The notes beneath the pieces are model-generated. The model saw only the letters and a list, made by a program, of their open reading frames with translations, was not told the origin of the DNA and searched no databases. Below, in pieces: positions 1 to 12,439 of a stretch of 54,860 bases of DNA; position 1 is the first letter of the stretch; every line of letters starts with the position of its first letter. Origin of the DNA: Carcharhinus longimanus (lineage: Eukaryota); contig JASCQW010000128.1 of the NCBI GenBank assembly GCA_030264375.1, forward strand, positions 17,330,463-17,385,322, in the 5' to 3' direction. Position numbers and translations under genes: made by a program.

Positions 1-314
1 TTCCAATACTGGTATTTTACACTCCAGAACAGTGCCAAGGACTAGTTGAATGTGTGGTAGCCTAAGCTTGAAGTAAGCCAATGAACAAAATTACACTATG
101 CACCTGTTCTAAGTGTCTATTTACACTCTGCACAACTGGGATGTGGAGCCTGGAATTATTATAGAAACATTTATTTTTTGTTATATGCATTCTTTCTAAA
201 TGACCTTAAAAGGAATATAAAAAGAGCTGAAAATTTGAAGTTACTTAAAAATGATCAGTTACTATCATTAACTTCATTAAAAACTTTTACATATTTTAGT
301 CTTTTCATACTTAC

Positions 315-341
315 CGAGCATTCAGGGAATGATAGGCGCAT
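315..341 (-). CDS. Putative short first coding exon (MRLSFPECS), phase 0, gene unidentified
   Basis: Minus strand reads ATG CGC CTA TCA TTC CCT GAA TGC TCG|gtaagt, with a consensus donor at 309-314. It lies in non-repetitive DNA with about 7 CpGs between 315 and 530. No protein homology recognised. Confidence 0.45.
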
Positions 342-448
342 TAAAATGCTATACTTCAATGAAGATATTAATGCAAAATCTGTTGGTGAGCGAAATAAAC
401 TGCTTCAGCCAAAGTTTAGCGCTCAGTTAAATCTTCAAAGATGGAAGC

Positions 449-458
449 ATGAGTCAGC
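449..458 (+). promoter_or_regulatory. AP-1/ARE (NF-E2/Nrf2-Maf type) motif ATGAGTCAGC
   Basis: Exact RTGAGTCAGC about 110 nt upstream of the 341 ATG. It overlaps the inverted repeat CAGCGAA-TGGC-TTCGCTG (455-472). Confidence 0.4.
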
Positions 459-557
459 GAATGGCTTCGCTGGGATTAAACATAGAAAGTGTTTCTCCTT
501 CAAATTGATGAACTGTCATTCATTAGCGATATCTGACTGCTTTTAGAGAAGAAACTG

Positions 558-780
558 CATTCGTGTAGAACCTTCTATGACTTCATTATGCTCCAAGTCA
601 CGATATAGTCAATTAATTATATCGCAAAGTAAGTAATGGAGTAGGCAACTCATGCACAACAATCAAATGAGCAGTCAGATAATCTGTTTCAGTTATTTTG
701 ATGAGGGATAAATATTAGCCAAGACAATGGGGAGAATGTCCCTGCTCTCTTTTGAATGCTGGGCTCTTTAGCATCCATCA
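558..780 (-). mobile_element. Deu-domain-type SINE fragment (SacSINE-like)
   Basis: cagataatctgtttc...gagggataaatattagccaagac...tccctgctct is the reverse complement of the copy at 22290-22590. Truncated by an N gap. Confidence 0.55.
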
Positions 781-1562
781 ANNNNNNNNNNNNNNNNNNN
801 NNNNNNNNNNNNNNNNNNNNNNNNNNNNCAAAATCAACCTTTCACTCATTTCTGGCGACAGTTTGAATAAATTATTTAACATCCTTGGTGGTTTGGCACA
901 TTGGAAGTGTGGCTGACTGCAGAAGCAAAGGCTTCCCTCTGCCAGCTGAAGTCTGAAATGTAAACTCAGGTTCTAGCAATAGATGGGACCACAGTTCCAC
1001 GAACACGTGGGTTCACGATTCTGTCAACTTAACAAGAGCCAATATAATGTACTTAAACATAGGGGAGATATCTTGTTGGCTGTGGTTCTCAATAAAGATG
1101 GAGGTCTGCACAGCTACATTCAGGCTGCCTGGGAAAGTGAGAAAAGCAGAGAGCACCACGTAGCCAATGCTGAATGCAGTGATACCGCAGGAAAATAACA
1201 TATCCACACAACTGTAGCAATATCATTAGCACCATCGCTACAGCTTTCATGACTAAAAAAATCCCTAACCATTACAGATTCATAATTTTTTCTCTGAGTT
1301 TTTTGAAACAAAAGCATGGTGCATATCAGTTTTTAAAAATCTGGTGATTTCTGTATGATAATAGAGATTGATGACCCACAAAATTATCTGAGAAAACTTC
1401 AAAAGACACATACTATTTTTTGTTTATAATTTCACCTTGTTATAAAGAGATGTAATCTAAAGACGCTGGTTATTAATTAAGATAGTAAAATAAAGAATGT
1501 GACAGAAACAAAGGGCTCAGAATGGAAAACTACATCAAAAAGCTAGTCATACAGATAAGCAA

Positions 1563-2700
1563 TGTTATGATCCCAGCTGATGTTAATGCTGCATAGTCAG
1601 GTCTCAAAAATAAAACATTTATTAAACATTAAAAGATTGCCTATAATACAATACTCCTTCACCCCACCTATACCATCATAAATTTTAAGTTAGAAAATAT
1701 ATCTTACACCCTAATGTCTTCAGTAAGGACACAGTCCATATTAAACAATGGGTCAACTGTGGTCAGACACAGAACTTTGAAACCAACTGGCAGATGCCAC
1801 CATGGAACATCTATGGATGCTTCATCAAATTCCCCCAGATTCTTATCACACAGTGAGCCAATTAATCTCACTGGAACTCTGACTTTCACACCACCGTTTC
1901 CAAAATTCCACTCTCGAAGAAACATGCCTTGGAATCTTCTCTCAAACAACACCTTCTCTCAGGTGCCTTTTCCAAGGGTCCACTTCCAGGATTTCAATCT
2001 TCCCTTTCAGTATTTCTCTGTCTTGGACTGCCATAAGCACTCAAGCTTCGACACAAACTCTCATGTATCTGGCCATGGCAATAGAATACCATTCTTCGCC
2101 AATTGTATTATGGTCACCAACCTTAGGATTACTTTGAATGTCTGATTCCTCACCAGCCAACTTGACCAGGCCTGCACCTTTCAGCTCTATCTTTAACTGG
2201 CAGCCTCTTTCTTTCCCTTTCTCTAACTTCAGTGAACAGCACCTTAATTAGCTTCCAGTTCTTTGTCGCTTTGACTTCAGTCTTCCAGAACTTCTCTTTT
2301 CATTTCTTGGTTTCTAGAACTCGGTGTTCTTCTGTTTCTGAGTTTTGCCTTCTGTCCCGCACTCTGTTCTCCTGCCTCTTTGCTGGCAGTTTATGTGAGA
2401 GCTGCTTTTTTCTCAGGTAGCTGGTTTCAACTGAACCATAAATGCTTACTTTTTTTTTAGTGAGGGTCCCTGTTTTTCTCTAAACATTGTTTATTTTCAT
2501 ATTGCAAACAATTAATTACTATACAGGCACAGTTTAAAGTGATCAAAACCCACAGACATGTAGGCACCTTTGTTCAGTATGAAGATAACTAAACTTTCTG
2601 GCATGAAACACAACATTAAACTTTCTTCTACACCTTATTTTGAACACTCATGAGTACAAGTATAGATTACTTAAAACTACCTCTGCTTTTGGGCAGCACA
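1563..2700 (-). mobile_element. LTR-like element (probable solo LTR)
   Basis: Begins TGTTATGATCCCAGCTGATG, resembling the terminus of the TSD-bounded LTR at 19361. The right boundary and TSD are not resolved. Confidence 0.45.
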
Positions 2701-3489
2701 AGGGACTGAGTCAAACGTACAGAAAAAACATATACATGAAAAAAGAATAAATTGCAACAGAAAGACAAGACACAAAAAGATTGCAGTTATTTCTCAGGAG
2801 GCACCAGGCATTCATTAATTTCCTCAAATCTCATTCTTCCTAAATTTTGTATTACTTTTCTTCCAGTATACACCAAACTCTGATTTTTGTGGACTTTTTC
2901 TTGAATCATAAAATGAATAATAAATTGGTTTACATCACAGGGAGATATCATTCTGTCCATAGAGTAATTTAACTACTCCTACACCCTTGCACTTTTTTTT
3001 CTTCTCTTCAGGTGTTTATCCAATTTCCCTTTGAAAGTCACATCTGGCTGCAGGTAACTTTTCAACTTCTGGATATATCTGTGTAAAGCAGTCCTATAAT
3101 GTTAGTATACACACTGGAAGTTCGAGACATCTGAAAGAAGATGGAAAGGACTATAGCTGTTAGTTAGATTAGAGGATGCAAATTAAGGGATTAAAAACTG
3201 GGCCAAATATGTTAGTCAAGGAAAGGCTCAGAAACATTCAGGAATAAGAAACAATTTTGTCAGTTACACAAGCAGAAACTCCACCTCCCATGTAGCTGTG
3301 TATTTGNNNNNNNNNNNNNNNNNNNNNNNNNNNNNNNNNNNNNNNNNNNNNNNNNNNNNNNNNNNNNNNNNNNNNNNNNNNNNNNNNNNNTGCAATATGC
3401 ATTGTATGATGAATATTAATATTTTAGAAGATTGAAAAGATTGTTGCTGTGAAGTAAGGTAATTAAAATGCTGGTCTTTAGAGATTGTC

Positions 3490-5500
3490 AGAACACCAAA
3501 AAGAGGGCAGCTTTCAAGCAGAATGTGGCTTGAGCTGAGTAAGAAGCTCTAAGCTTGGTGAGGGGGAGAATTTGGTGTTCCTTTCTTTTTCCCCATTTTG
3601 TGTCCTCCAGTATTTGGTTCTTATTGCTATGCAGCAGAAGCTGATTGGTCAGTAACTGGTAAAGCTATGCTACTTGTAATAAGTCCGGGTTTTGAAGCTC
3701 AAGCAGCAGGTGAAGTCACTGTGGTGCATCTGCAAGGCATATTGCTAGCATGTTTAGGAGAGGTGGTCACAATGCAGTCAGATAGGGAATGGGTGAATAT
3801 CAGTCAGCCTAAGAGAACCAAGTTGATAGTGCAAAAGTCCCCTGAGTCAATCTCGCTTGCTGAGTGCTTTTTCATTTTGGATACACTCATGTTTCTTCAG
3901 AGGCATGCAGAAAGAACAAATTTCATGGCGCCATGGATGACTCAGCTACACAGGAGGGGAGAAAGAAGAGTGGATGGACAATAATGATAGCAGATTCATT
4001 AGTTAAGGGAACAGATGGGTGTTTTGTGGCTATAGATGTGATTCCATGATGGTATGCTACCAGGGGAAGAGTGAGTAGCCAGATGTCATGGTCCACATTT
4101 GTACCAATAACATAAGTAGGAAAAGGCATGAGGTCCTGAAAGCAGATTTTAGTGAGTTAGGAAAACTAAAAATCAGGATCTCAAAAGAATTAATCCCAGG
4201 ATTACTCCCAGTGCCACATGCTAGTGAGCATTTGAACACGTGGCTGTAGAATTGGTATAGGAGAGAGGGCATTGCATTACATTTCTGACACATTGGGACT
4301 GGTACTGGGGATGGGGGGTGGGGGGGGGGTGCGAAATTGTGGGGACGTGTACGAGATGGAGAGATTGCACCTTAGCAGGACTGGGACTAATATCCTCACA
4401 GGGAGATTTGCTACTGCTGTTGTGCAGGGCTTAAGTTGATTGGCAGGGGAAATGGAAACCTGACAGGGAGCTCAGGTTGGAGGAATGCAAAATGATCGCA
4501 GGAAGTGGAAAAGTAGTAAGCAAAATTAAAATGCAAGCATCACATAGGATCACCATGGGGAATAATGATAAAAGGACAAAGTTAAGGGTATTCTATCAGA
4601 ATGCATGTAACATTTGCAACAAGGCAGATGATTTGAAGAAGCAAATAGAGGTAAATAGGTCTGATTTAATGGCCATTACAGAGGCGTGGTTACAAGATAA
4701 NNNNNNNNNNNNNNNNNNNNNNNNNNNNNNNNNNNNNNNNNNNNNNNNNNNNNNNNNNNNNNNNNNNNNNNNNNNNNNNNNNNNNNNNNNNNNNNNNNNN
4801 NNNNNNNNNNNNNNNNNNNNNNNNNNNNNNNNNNNNNNNNNNNNNNNNNNNNNNNNNNNNNNNNNNNNNNNNNNNNNNNNNNNNNNNNNNNNNNNNNNNN
4901 NNNNNNNNNNNNNNNNNNNNNNNNNNNNNNNNNNNNNNNNNNNNNNNNNNNNNNNNNNNNNNNAACAAGCTGCCAGATGTAGTAGTAGAGGCAGGTACAA
5001 TTTTGTCTTTTAAAAAGCATTTAGACAGTTACATGGGTAAAATGGGTAATTGAGGGATATGGGCCAAATGCGGGCAATTGGGATTAGTTTAAGGGTTTAA
5101 AAAAAAGGTAGCATGGATAAGTTGGGCCAAAGGGCCTGCTTCCATGCTGTAAACCTCTATGACTCTATAATTGGGAGCTGAAAATTCAGGAATATTCATC
5201 ATTTAAGAAGGCTAGCCAGAGGGGCATAGGAGATGAGGCAGTACTTATTATAAGGGACGACATCAGTACATGAGTGGAGGTAATAAACTGTAAAGGGCAG
5301 CAAACATTGGTGGGAGTTGTCTATCGGCTCCCAAACTGTAGTGATAATGTCGGGCACAGTATAAATCAGAAAATTAGAGCAGCGTGCAACATGGGCAATA
5401 CAGTAATTATAGCTGATTTCAATTTACATATAGACTGGATAAACTAATTAGCATTACTGCTGTGCAGGATGAATTCCTAGAGTGTGTACAAGGCAATTTA
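3490..5500 (+). mobile_element. CR1/HER1-type LINE 5' part: decayed ORF1 (SGNH esterase) and start of ORF2 endonuclease
   Basis: ORF1 motifs IADSLVKG, VHICTNN, RLHLSRTG. ORF2 start KLRVFYQNACNICNKADDL...DLMAITEAWLQ, resuming after 5169 (WELKIQ...ADFN). Confidence 0.8.
4965..5168 (+). mobile_element. CR1 3' end nested in the older CR1 endonuclease
   Basis: gggatatgggccaaatgcgggc...gggccaaagggcctgcttccatgctgtaaacctctatgactctat tail. The host endonuclease sequence resumes immediately after it. Confidence 0.7.
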
Positions 5501-5577
5501 TCAACCTTTAATTCAACGAATATTTTGAGTACTACCTCTTTATTAACACATTTCTTTCTATTCTTCATTTTCACAAG

Positions 5578-5885
5578 GGAACAAGTCTCAGAATAAGGAG
5601 CAGGCCATTTACGACTGAGATGAGGAGGAATTTCTTCACCAAGAGAGTGGCAGTGATTGAGGAAAACAGCGTAAATGGAAACTGGATAAACACAAGGGAA
5701 AAATTAATCGAATGTTGTGCTTCCACAGATGCTGCAAGTCCTGTTAAGTATTTCCAGCATTTACTGTTTTTATTGTAGAAGTTATGCTAATTGAGTTAAA
5801 TAAGGTGAGATGAGAAGAGACTCGTGTGGAGTATAAACACAGTCCAGCTGGGTTATAAGGCCTATTTCTGTCACGCAAAGAAAAA
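5578..5885 (+). mobile_element. CR1 3' fragments interrupted by a Penelope-like terminal fragment (~5712-5780)
   Basis: actgagatgaggaggaatttcttcac (CR1) and cacagatgctgcaagtcctgttaagtatttccagcattt (PLE terminus). Confidence 0.55.
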
Positions 5886-6344
5886 CAAATGCAAAACTCA
5901 GCAGCTGNNNNNNNNNNNNNNNNNNNNNCGATCTTGCTCAAGGTAAAGCAAAATAATGATGGCGAATGGAATACATTCTATTTTAGGCATTTTGCATCAG
6001 CATCAATTTTTTTTGATCACGTATAGCTTAGTGAATTGCAAAGCTGTCTCTGTGAATTACACTCTGCATTCAATAGCTTGCCCAATTTATAAGAAACCTC
6101 ATTCTCTGACCAGTTTTTTTTATGTACATGATATCTTATTACTTAATTTACTGGTATATTTTGTTTCCAAAACAAATAAATGTTTGTGATAATGCAAAAC
6201 TTCTGGGCACCTGAAGCAGCCCCAAAAGTCACATCCAGCAATATACTTTGCCACCATAACATGCTAGAATGCTAGTTTGAATTCTGCATTCAAATCCAAA
6301 ACGAGGTTGAACCTTGACTTTCTGAAGACATGATTAATACATAC

Positions 6345-6425
6345 GTAAAAGCAAGATGTTAGAAATCTGACATAAAAACGGAAAGTACTGGATAAACTCA
6401 GCAGGTCTGGCAGCATTTGTGGAGC
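6345..6425 (-). mobile_element. Penelope-like element terminal fragment
   Basis: ctggataaactcagcaggtctggcagcatttgtggag matches the terminus of the GIY-YIG-bearing copy at 40835. Confidence 0.55.
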
Positions 6426-7373
6426 TATAAATGAATAATACAACTGAGCTAAACTGAGAGCATTGTAAGTTGTACTTTCTTCTCACAGAAAACAAAGTGA
6501 ACACAACTCACATTTTAAAGCCATCTCAATTTCATGCAAAATGCAGGTTTATTCTCTGTTGTTGTTCTCCTCAATCACTACATGGTAGCAAGTTCCAGAT
6601 ACTATCAATTCTCTGGGTCAACAAGTTTCTCCTCTATTTCTTATTTGATGTATTAGTGATTTATGGCTCCAGGTTTTCTCTGTCCCCTATCAAACCCCTT
6701 CAGAACTTGTGGTGAAAAGTCATTTGCTTGAGATAATTTATGTCTATAGTCATGTATCTGAAAGCTATTACATACAAATTTCAAAGACAAATTGAACAGT
6801 GCACTTCCAGTCCTTCAATTCACCAATCTACTGTAAATTAAACAAAAGGCAAAAGCTAATGAGACAAACAAACACGGGTAAACAGGGAATTTTCATAAAA
6901 TTTATTGGAAGGAAGTTAGGTTAAGAACTCCTCAACCCATCAGTGCCCCTCATTTCATTTTTGAGAGTATTACAATCAAGAGCTGATTTCTGTTTTACCA
7001 ATCACTGACTCTCAGTGCTCCTAAGGCTGTTAATTCAACACTGACACTAGCTGTGTTTTTATCCTTAAGCAATCAGGTCACTTTAGCCTAATGGCTAAAT
7101 CAGCAAGTGGTCTACAATTTGCAACTCAAATCACATTTGTATTTTTTACTTAATTTATAAATGATGATATTAAATGTCAAAAGCTATAGCATCTGCTTCT
7201 TTTTACACACGCAGAATAGCAATTTGCTCTGGGGTGTTTCGCTAATCTGCATAAAAGATTAAAAATTCAATAATAGTAACAGTTAAAATTGAATCAGTCT
7301 CAATTTCATTATTACCCACATTTTATAATCGATCGGAAACTCTGCATCTAAGTGACAGTCAATAGTATCTTAC

Positions 7374-7388
7374 TTGTTGGTACTTCAT
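7374..7388 (-). CDS. Putative very short first coding exon (MKYQQ), phase 0
   Basis: Minus strand gcaATG AAG TAC CAA CAA|gtaaga (donor 7368-7373), in a CpG-retaining unique patch (7200-7460). An upstream out-of-frame ATG at 7396-7398 gives MRCNEVPT, phase 1. Confidence 0.28.
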
Positions 7389-8364
7389 TGCACCGCATCG
7401 CAAGCTCAAGTCCAAGATCTCAACTTCAAAGTCAGATCCTCAGGTCAGAGGATGCGATCGAATTGTGAGGTTAATGATAAAAGGATTAAAAACAACTAGC
7501 AGGGATACTTGTAGTACAAATTGTTCCTCTTCATGTATTTTATTACAATTTATTGGAGATATCCTCAATTCAGTATCTTACTTTCTTCCTCATGGACCTG
7601 CGATTTCGAGCCCCAATTTATCTGTTTTACGCAAAGAGATTATTTTTACAGGGTAGTCTATAAACTTCCTGGAGGTGGGTTTGTAAAATGATGTGAAGAC
7701 TAATTATGTACTAAAAGCTCTATCCATAGGTCATGCACTTTTATCATCTGCATGAAGGTTATATCCTATTCAGAAAATGAGCTAAGCTGCTTATGGTTGG
7801 GTGAATCAAGTTACTTCCATAGTAGAAAAGAAAACCAATAGTCATACGTCTAAAAGTCATATTAAATTATGTTTTATTCTTCAATATTAGAACATCCTGT
7901 AATAGATGCTTGAAAGAGTACCACCCAAAAATCAATTGCAATTTATTTTTAGACCAAGTTGTCAAAATTAGACTGAAGTCTTTAAATGGTAGGTGGCGCT
8001 GAATGTCAAAGTGTAAAGCATGCCAGGCATGATTCGTGACAAAAAGGAGCAATTGACTTGCAATGCAGGTGACACTTAAGTGGCTCATTAAGAGGATAAA
8101 AGCTAACTGATATCATTCTGAAATCTGTTTCTACAAGTGCTGAAATAATAAAAATAAAAAAACACTAAAATTTAGATATAGGAACAGTTTATTAAAATGA
8201 TGCTGTGTAGAATGGCTTTAGAATGTGAGTTGTGTTCACTTTGTTTTCTGTGAGAAGTACAACTTACAATGCTCTCAGTTTAGCTCAGTTGTATTTTATT
8301 CTTGAAGTCAGATTTATCTAAAAATTCAACTTCATAAAACTCTATGGAATTTCTAGCACAGAAA

Positions 8365-8580
8365 GCATGGTGGCACAGTGATCAGCACTGCTGCGTGACA
8401 GCACCAGGGACCCAGGTTCAATTCCAATCTTAGTGACTGTGTGGAATTTATGCATTTCCCCCCATGTCTGTGTGGGTTTCCTCTGGCTGCTCCGAGGTAA
8501 GGTGATCTTCCAAAGAGTTGGTGCATAAACGATGGGCCAAATGGTCTTGTCTCATTTTGCACTGTGCAGATTCTATGGTT
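8365..8580 (+). mobile_element. HE1-type V-SINE (tRNA head, CR1 tail), internally deleted
   Basis: ggtggcacagtgatcagcactgctg...ggacccaggttcaattcc A/B-box head, V-core gtgggtttcctct, tail gattctatggttcta. Confidence 0.75.
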
Positions 8581-9167
8581 CTAAGGAGTCTGAAGGGCAT
8601 TTAGTCTATTGTGCTAGCGTGAGCTCTTTAAAAGAAAAAATTGCACTTATAATGTAATGTCCCAAAATGTTTTAACAGAGACTAACATATAAGGAGCTAT
8701 TGTAGAGCATTTGTGTGCACAGAATTAGACCCCAGCATGAGTTGATGGTTTTTGGGACAAGTGGGAGGGATTGCAAATTGGCCAATTTCATTAAATCTGT
8801 TTCCTCATTGCTCTGTTATCATTAAAAACAAAAACACAATAACTACTAATTATAAAATGGCTAGCATTTGATAGCTTCAGATACTTCAACAGAAGTTTTA
8901 TAATCCCAGGTCTATTCTAATTAGTGAAATTACTGCTAAGCAAATTATTGACAGGTGGCACAACCAGAAGTAGCAATCTAATTCTATGAATGAGGATCTT
9001 AAAAAATAAGGAATAGCAAGACCTTAGTCAGAAAATCCTGCATCTCCAGTATCTTGTTTAATTAGACACTATGCTTTTAACTCCTGCTAAGTGTTTGTCT
9101 TTAAGATTTTTTAAACAAAAGGTGTATATCCTGGAAAAAATTAAACAATGTAGTCAGATGCAGGATT

Positions 9168-9590
9168 TTTTAAATTGATTCTTAGGATGTGGGCATCACT
9201 GGCAGGGGCAGAATTTAGTGCCCATCCCTGACTCCCTTTGCGAAGATGATGGTTAGTCGCCTTAACAACTGAGAGTTTCTTGTTTGGCCATTTAAGAGAG
9301 AGCAGATAAGAGTTAACCACATTGCTGAGAGTTGGAGTCACATTTAGGCCTGACTAGGGAAGATAGCAGATTTCCTCCCCTGTAGGGCATCAGTGAACCA
9401 GATGGATTTTTATGCCTATCTGCCATGATTACCATTACTGACATGAGCTTTGTGTTCCAGAATTAATTAACTGAATTTAAATTCTCCAGCTACCATGCAG
9501 GAACATGAACTAATTTCTCTGACCATTAGTCTTGGCTCCCCCTTTTGATTTCTAGGCCAGTAACATAACTGTGTTATCATACCCCATGTG
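9168..9590 (-). mobile_element. tRNA-derived SINE (same family as 53305-53660)
   Basis: Shared core gcagatttcc...ggcatcagtgaaccagatgg and tail ggatgtgggcatcactggc. Confidence 0.7.
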
Positions 9591-10109
9591 CATCAATCCT
9601 CGCATATTCAGATTTGAGTACTTATTTATTGAGCTATTGCATGCTCATTACTCAGGAAGATTGTTATTGTACAAACTGATTGTAATAAATCAAGGGCAGG
9701 CAGAGGAATATGGCAAGATGTGATGCAATGGGGATGAACATCTATGGAGATGAGAGTATGGATTGCACTTGCAACTAGGGCAGGCAAAACACATCCAGAA
9801 TTTGTATAATATTATACTATAAATCTTGTACTCTACAAAATCATGATAGATTAGACAGTCCTCCTAGATGGACGCAGAAGAGAGAGACTATACAAACCAT
9901 TTTAACTCAAATTCTACAATCTCATCAAGTCATCCATTCCTGAAATGATTCCAAGTAAATGTCTCCAGCACAGGATGTAAGGATTTTCTTCCTTACATCA
10001 GTCTGAAAATATAAGTGTCTTGGGGTATTTTATTGCACCAAAGGCATTATGTAAATACATGTTGCTGTTATAAACTTGAATTTTTAAGCATATAGTGCAT
10101 GCATTAATA

Positions 10110-10408
10110 AGCGGCACAGTGGCACAATGGTTAGCACTGCTGTCTCTCAGCACCAGGAACCTGGGTTTGATTCTGGCCTTGGGTGACTGTTTATGTGGAG
10201 TTTGCACATTCTCTCCATGTACTTCCTCCTATNNNNNNNNNNATGCAGGTCAGGTGGATTGGCCATGTGGTTAGGTGCATGAGCCATGGGAAATGCATGG
10301 GGTTACTGTTATGTGTAGGCCTGGGTCAGATGTTCTTTCAGAGAGTCGGCACAGACTCAGTGGGCTGAATGGCCTCCTTCTGCACTGTAGGGATTCTTTG
10401 GTTCTATA
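10110..10408 (+). mobile_element. HE1-type V-SINE
   Basis: gcggcacagtggcacaatggttagcactgctg head, tgtggagtttgcacattctc core, gggctgaatggcctccttctgcactgtagggattct tail. Confidence 0.85.
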
Positions 10409-10629
10409 GAACTTATTAGTCAACTTTTGTCATTAAGCACTTCCAATTTTCATGTTCATACAATGCTGCTGACCACAATACTTAAATATTTTGCTCATCT
10501 TCAGCTTGATTCCATGTAGCCTCAAAANNNNNNNNNNNNNNNNNNNNNNNNNNNNNNNNNNNNNNNNNNNNNNNNNNNNNNNNNNNNNNNNNNNNNNNNN
10601 NNNNNNNNNNNNNNNNNNNNNNNNNNNTG

Positions 10630-10820
10630 CTTTTGGAATTGCTTCCTTAAATCTATCTGCACCTCTATCTCGTCCTTTAAGACACTCCTTAAAGTGTATC
10701 TCTTTGATAAAGCTTGTGGTAACCTATCCAATATGTCCTAATGCAACTTGATGTCAAGTTTTGTTTGATAATGCATCTTGGCAAAACCTTGAGATGCTCT
10801 ACTTCTTTAAAGGCACCAAG
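10630..10820 (+). mobile_element. L2-type LINE 3' fragment
   Basis: tcctttaagacactccttaaa...ctctttgataaagctt...ttaaaggcac is the reverse complement of the copies at 34385 and 51062. Confidence 0.5.
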
Positions 10821-12439
10821 GTGTTTTGTTTTTATACTGCTGTGATAGGTCTGACTGTGTTGGAAATGGTTAATAATCCAGCAACTATCTTACTGGCAAA
10901 ATGTAAAAGCCTTGCCCCATCATAGTCTTTTGGTAATATTCATCCTTGAATCATTCCCAAAGAGGATGCACAAAACAGCTGTGTGAATAATCTGAGCAGT
11001 TTCTCATTGTCTAATGACATATTTCCAACTTCTCATGTATCTAGACCTATTCAAGAAATATTTCAGTTAAGTAATCTATTAAAGGCTGAAAAATGTGGCA
11101 GCATTCATTAATATGGATACCCTCAAAACGTAAACTAATAAATTCCCATTGATAAGTTAATTTTGATTCATTTTGTGCCTGTTCCACTATGGTATCCTTG
11201 TCTTGTATTTTGTTCTTCACTTGTGTTTTGAAAAGGTTTATAAGTTTTGTGTAAACTTATTCCCAAGGCTAGGTTACCTTAATGGCTAAACTGATTCACT
11301 ATCATAGCTTCCAAGATTCAATTTCCAACCCTAGTTTTCTGACTATCGCCACACTTCTACTAAATTTTAAAAATGACAAATTTTTGACTCTCTTATTTCC
11401 AAAAACAATAAACATTGTCTTTAACCACTTGGCTTTCTTAATCAAGGGGCAGCTAAAAATCTCATACTTGCCGTAAACACTAGCCCTTTTATCATCCCTT
11501 TTCTGACTGTTGAAGTAAAAAGCTGAAAACAGAAAACCTTTGTTGCAGCTGCTTGGCAAGCTTTGGAAAAATTAACAAAAAAAGACTGAGGGAGCAAAAG
11601 AGTGGAGTCTCAGAGCAGCATGATAGGTTGTTTCTTTGATGATCTTACATATTGTGCAGTGGAATGGTAAAACACATGTTCCCTGTGTGGCAGATACATG
11701 ATCTAAGCTTAAGGAAAAGACATGAAGTAGAGGCAAGGCAAGGAACAAATTGTGGCTTGTAGCAGCTGCTCATTAAGGTGGATTGTGTGAGATACTGTCA
11801 GGCTTCTTGTGTTGACAGATGCCTGATAGTAGATCACTGTGCCCACCTTAATGATTAGGGAACAACTGGTATGTCCAAGAGGAGGTGTGAAAAGTTACAT
11901 TTACAATAGAAAAGGGGGATAAATATAGCCTTGGCTGCATCACTGTCATGGCCATTTTTTGAAACTTCAATTTGTGTCATCCAAAAATGAAATTACCTGT
12001 GGGTTTGTTAAAGATAATGTCTGTAACAATTCAGCAGCACTCAGTGAAGAATAAATGAGGTACAATTTAAATTGTACAAGAAATGATTGGTAAGTTATTT
12101 TGAATGATAGCAAGTATGGTCATTACTGTGAGTTAGCTAGAAATTGTGTCTCGTGGCTTACTGTTGAATAGTCTGTTGTGGCAGCTATTAATGACAAACT
12201 CAAGCTGAAATTAGAAAGATTAAATGCAACTGTGTTAATTAAGCTGTGAAGTATATTAAATATGGATTGCAGACTGGCTTCACTTAAGTTCTTTTGAGAA
12301 GTTTTCCCTCAATTATTTTCCTGAAGTCCTAATACAATCTCCATGAACTAGAAAAAGCCTGCTTCCTGGAAATAGGAAAACACTTCATAGACATGAGCAC
12401 GTTGAATGCTGTATGCACTGAATTCTGATATCTCAGCAG

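Noticed and set aside
178-546. 122-aa plus-strand ORF
   Set aside because: Non-ATG start and no recognisable domain; it is antisense to the better-supported minus-strand exon candidate.
1714-2145. 143-aa ORF
   Set aside because: Lies inside an LTR-like element and has no domain motifs or splice context.
4306-4345. G-rich run that could form a G-quadruplex (similar run at 31183-31210)
   Set aside because: Simple poly-G expansion inside a decayed repeat; no further support.
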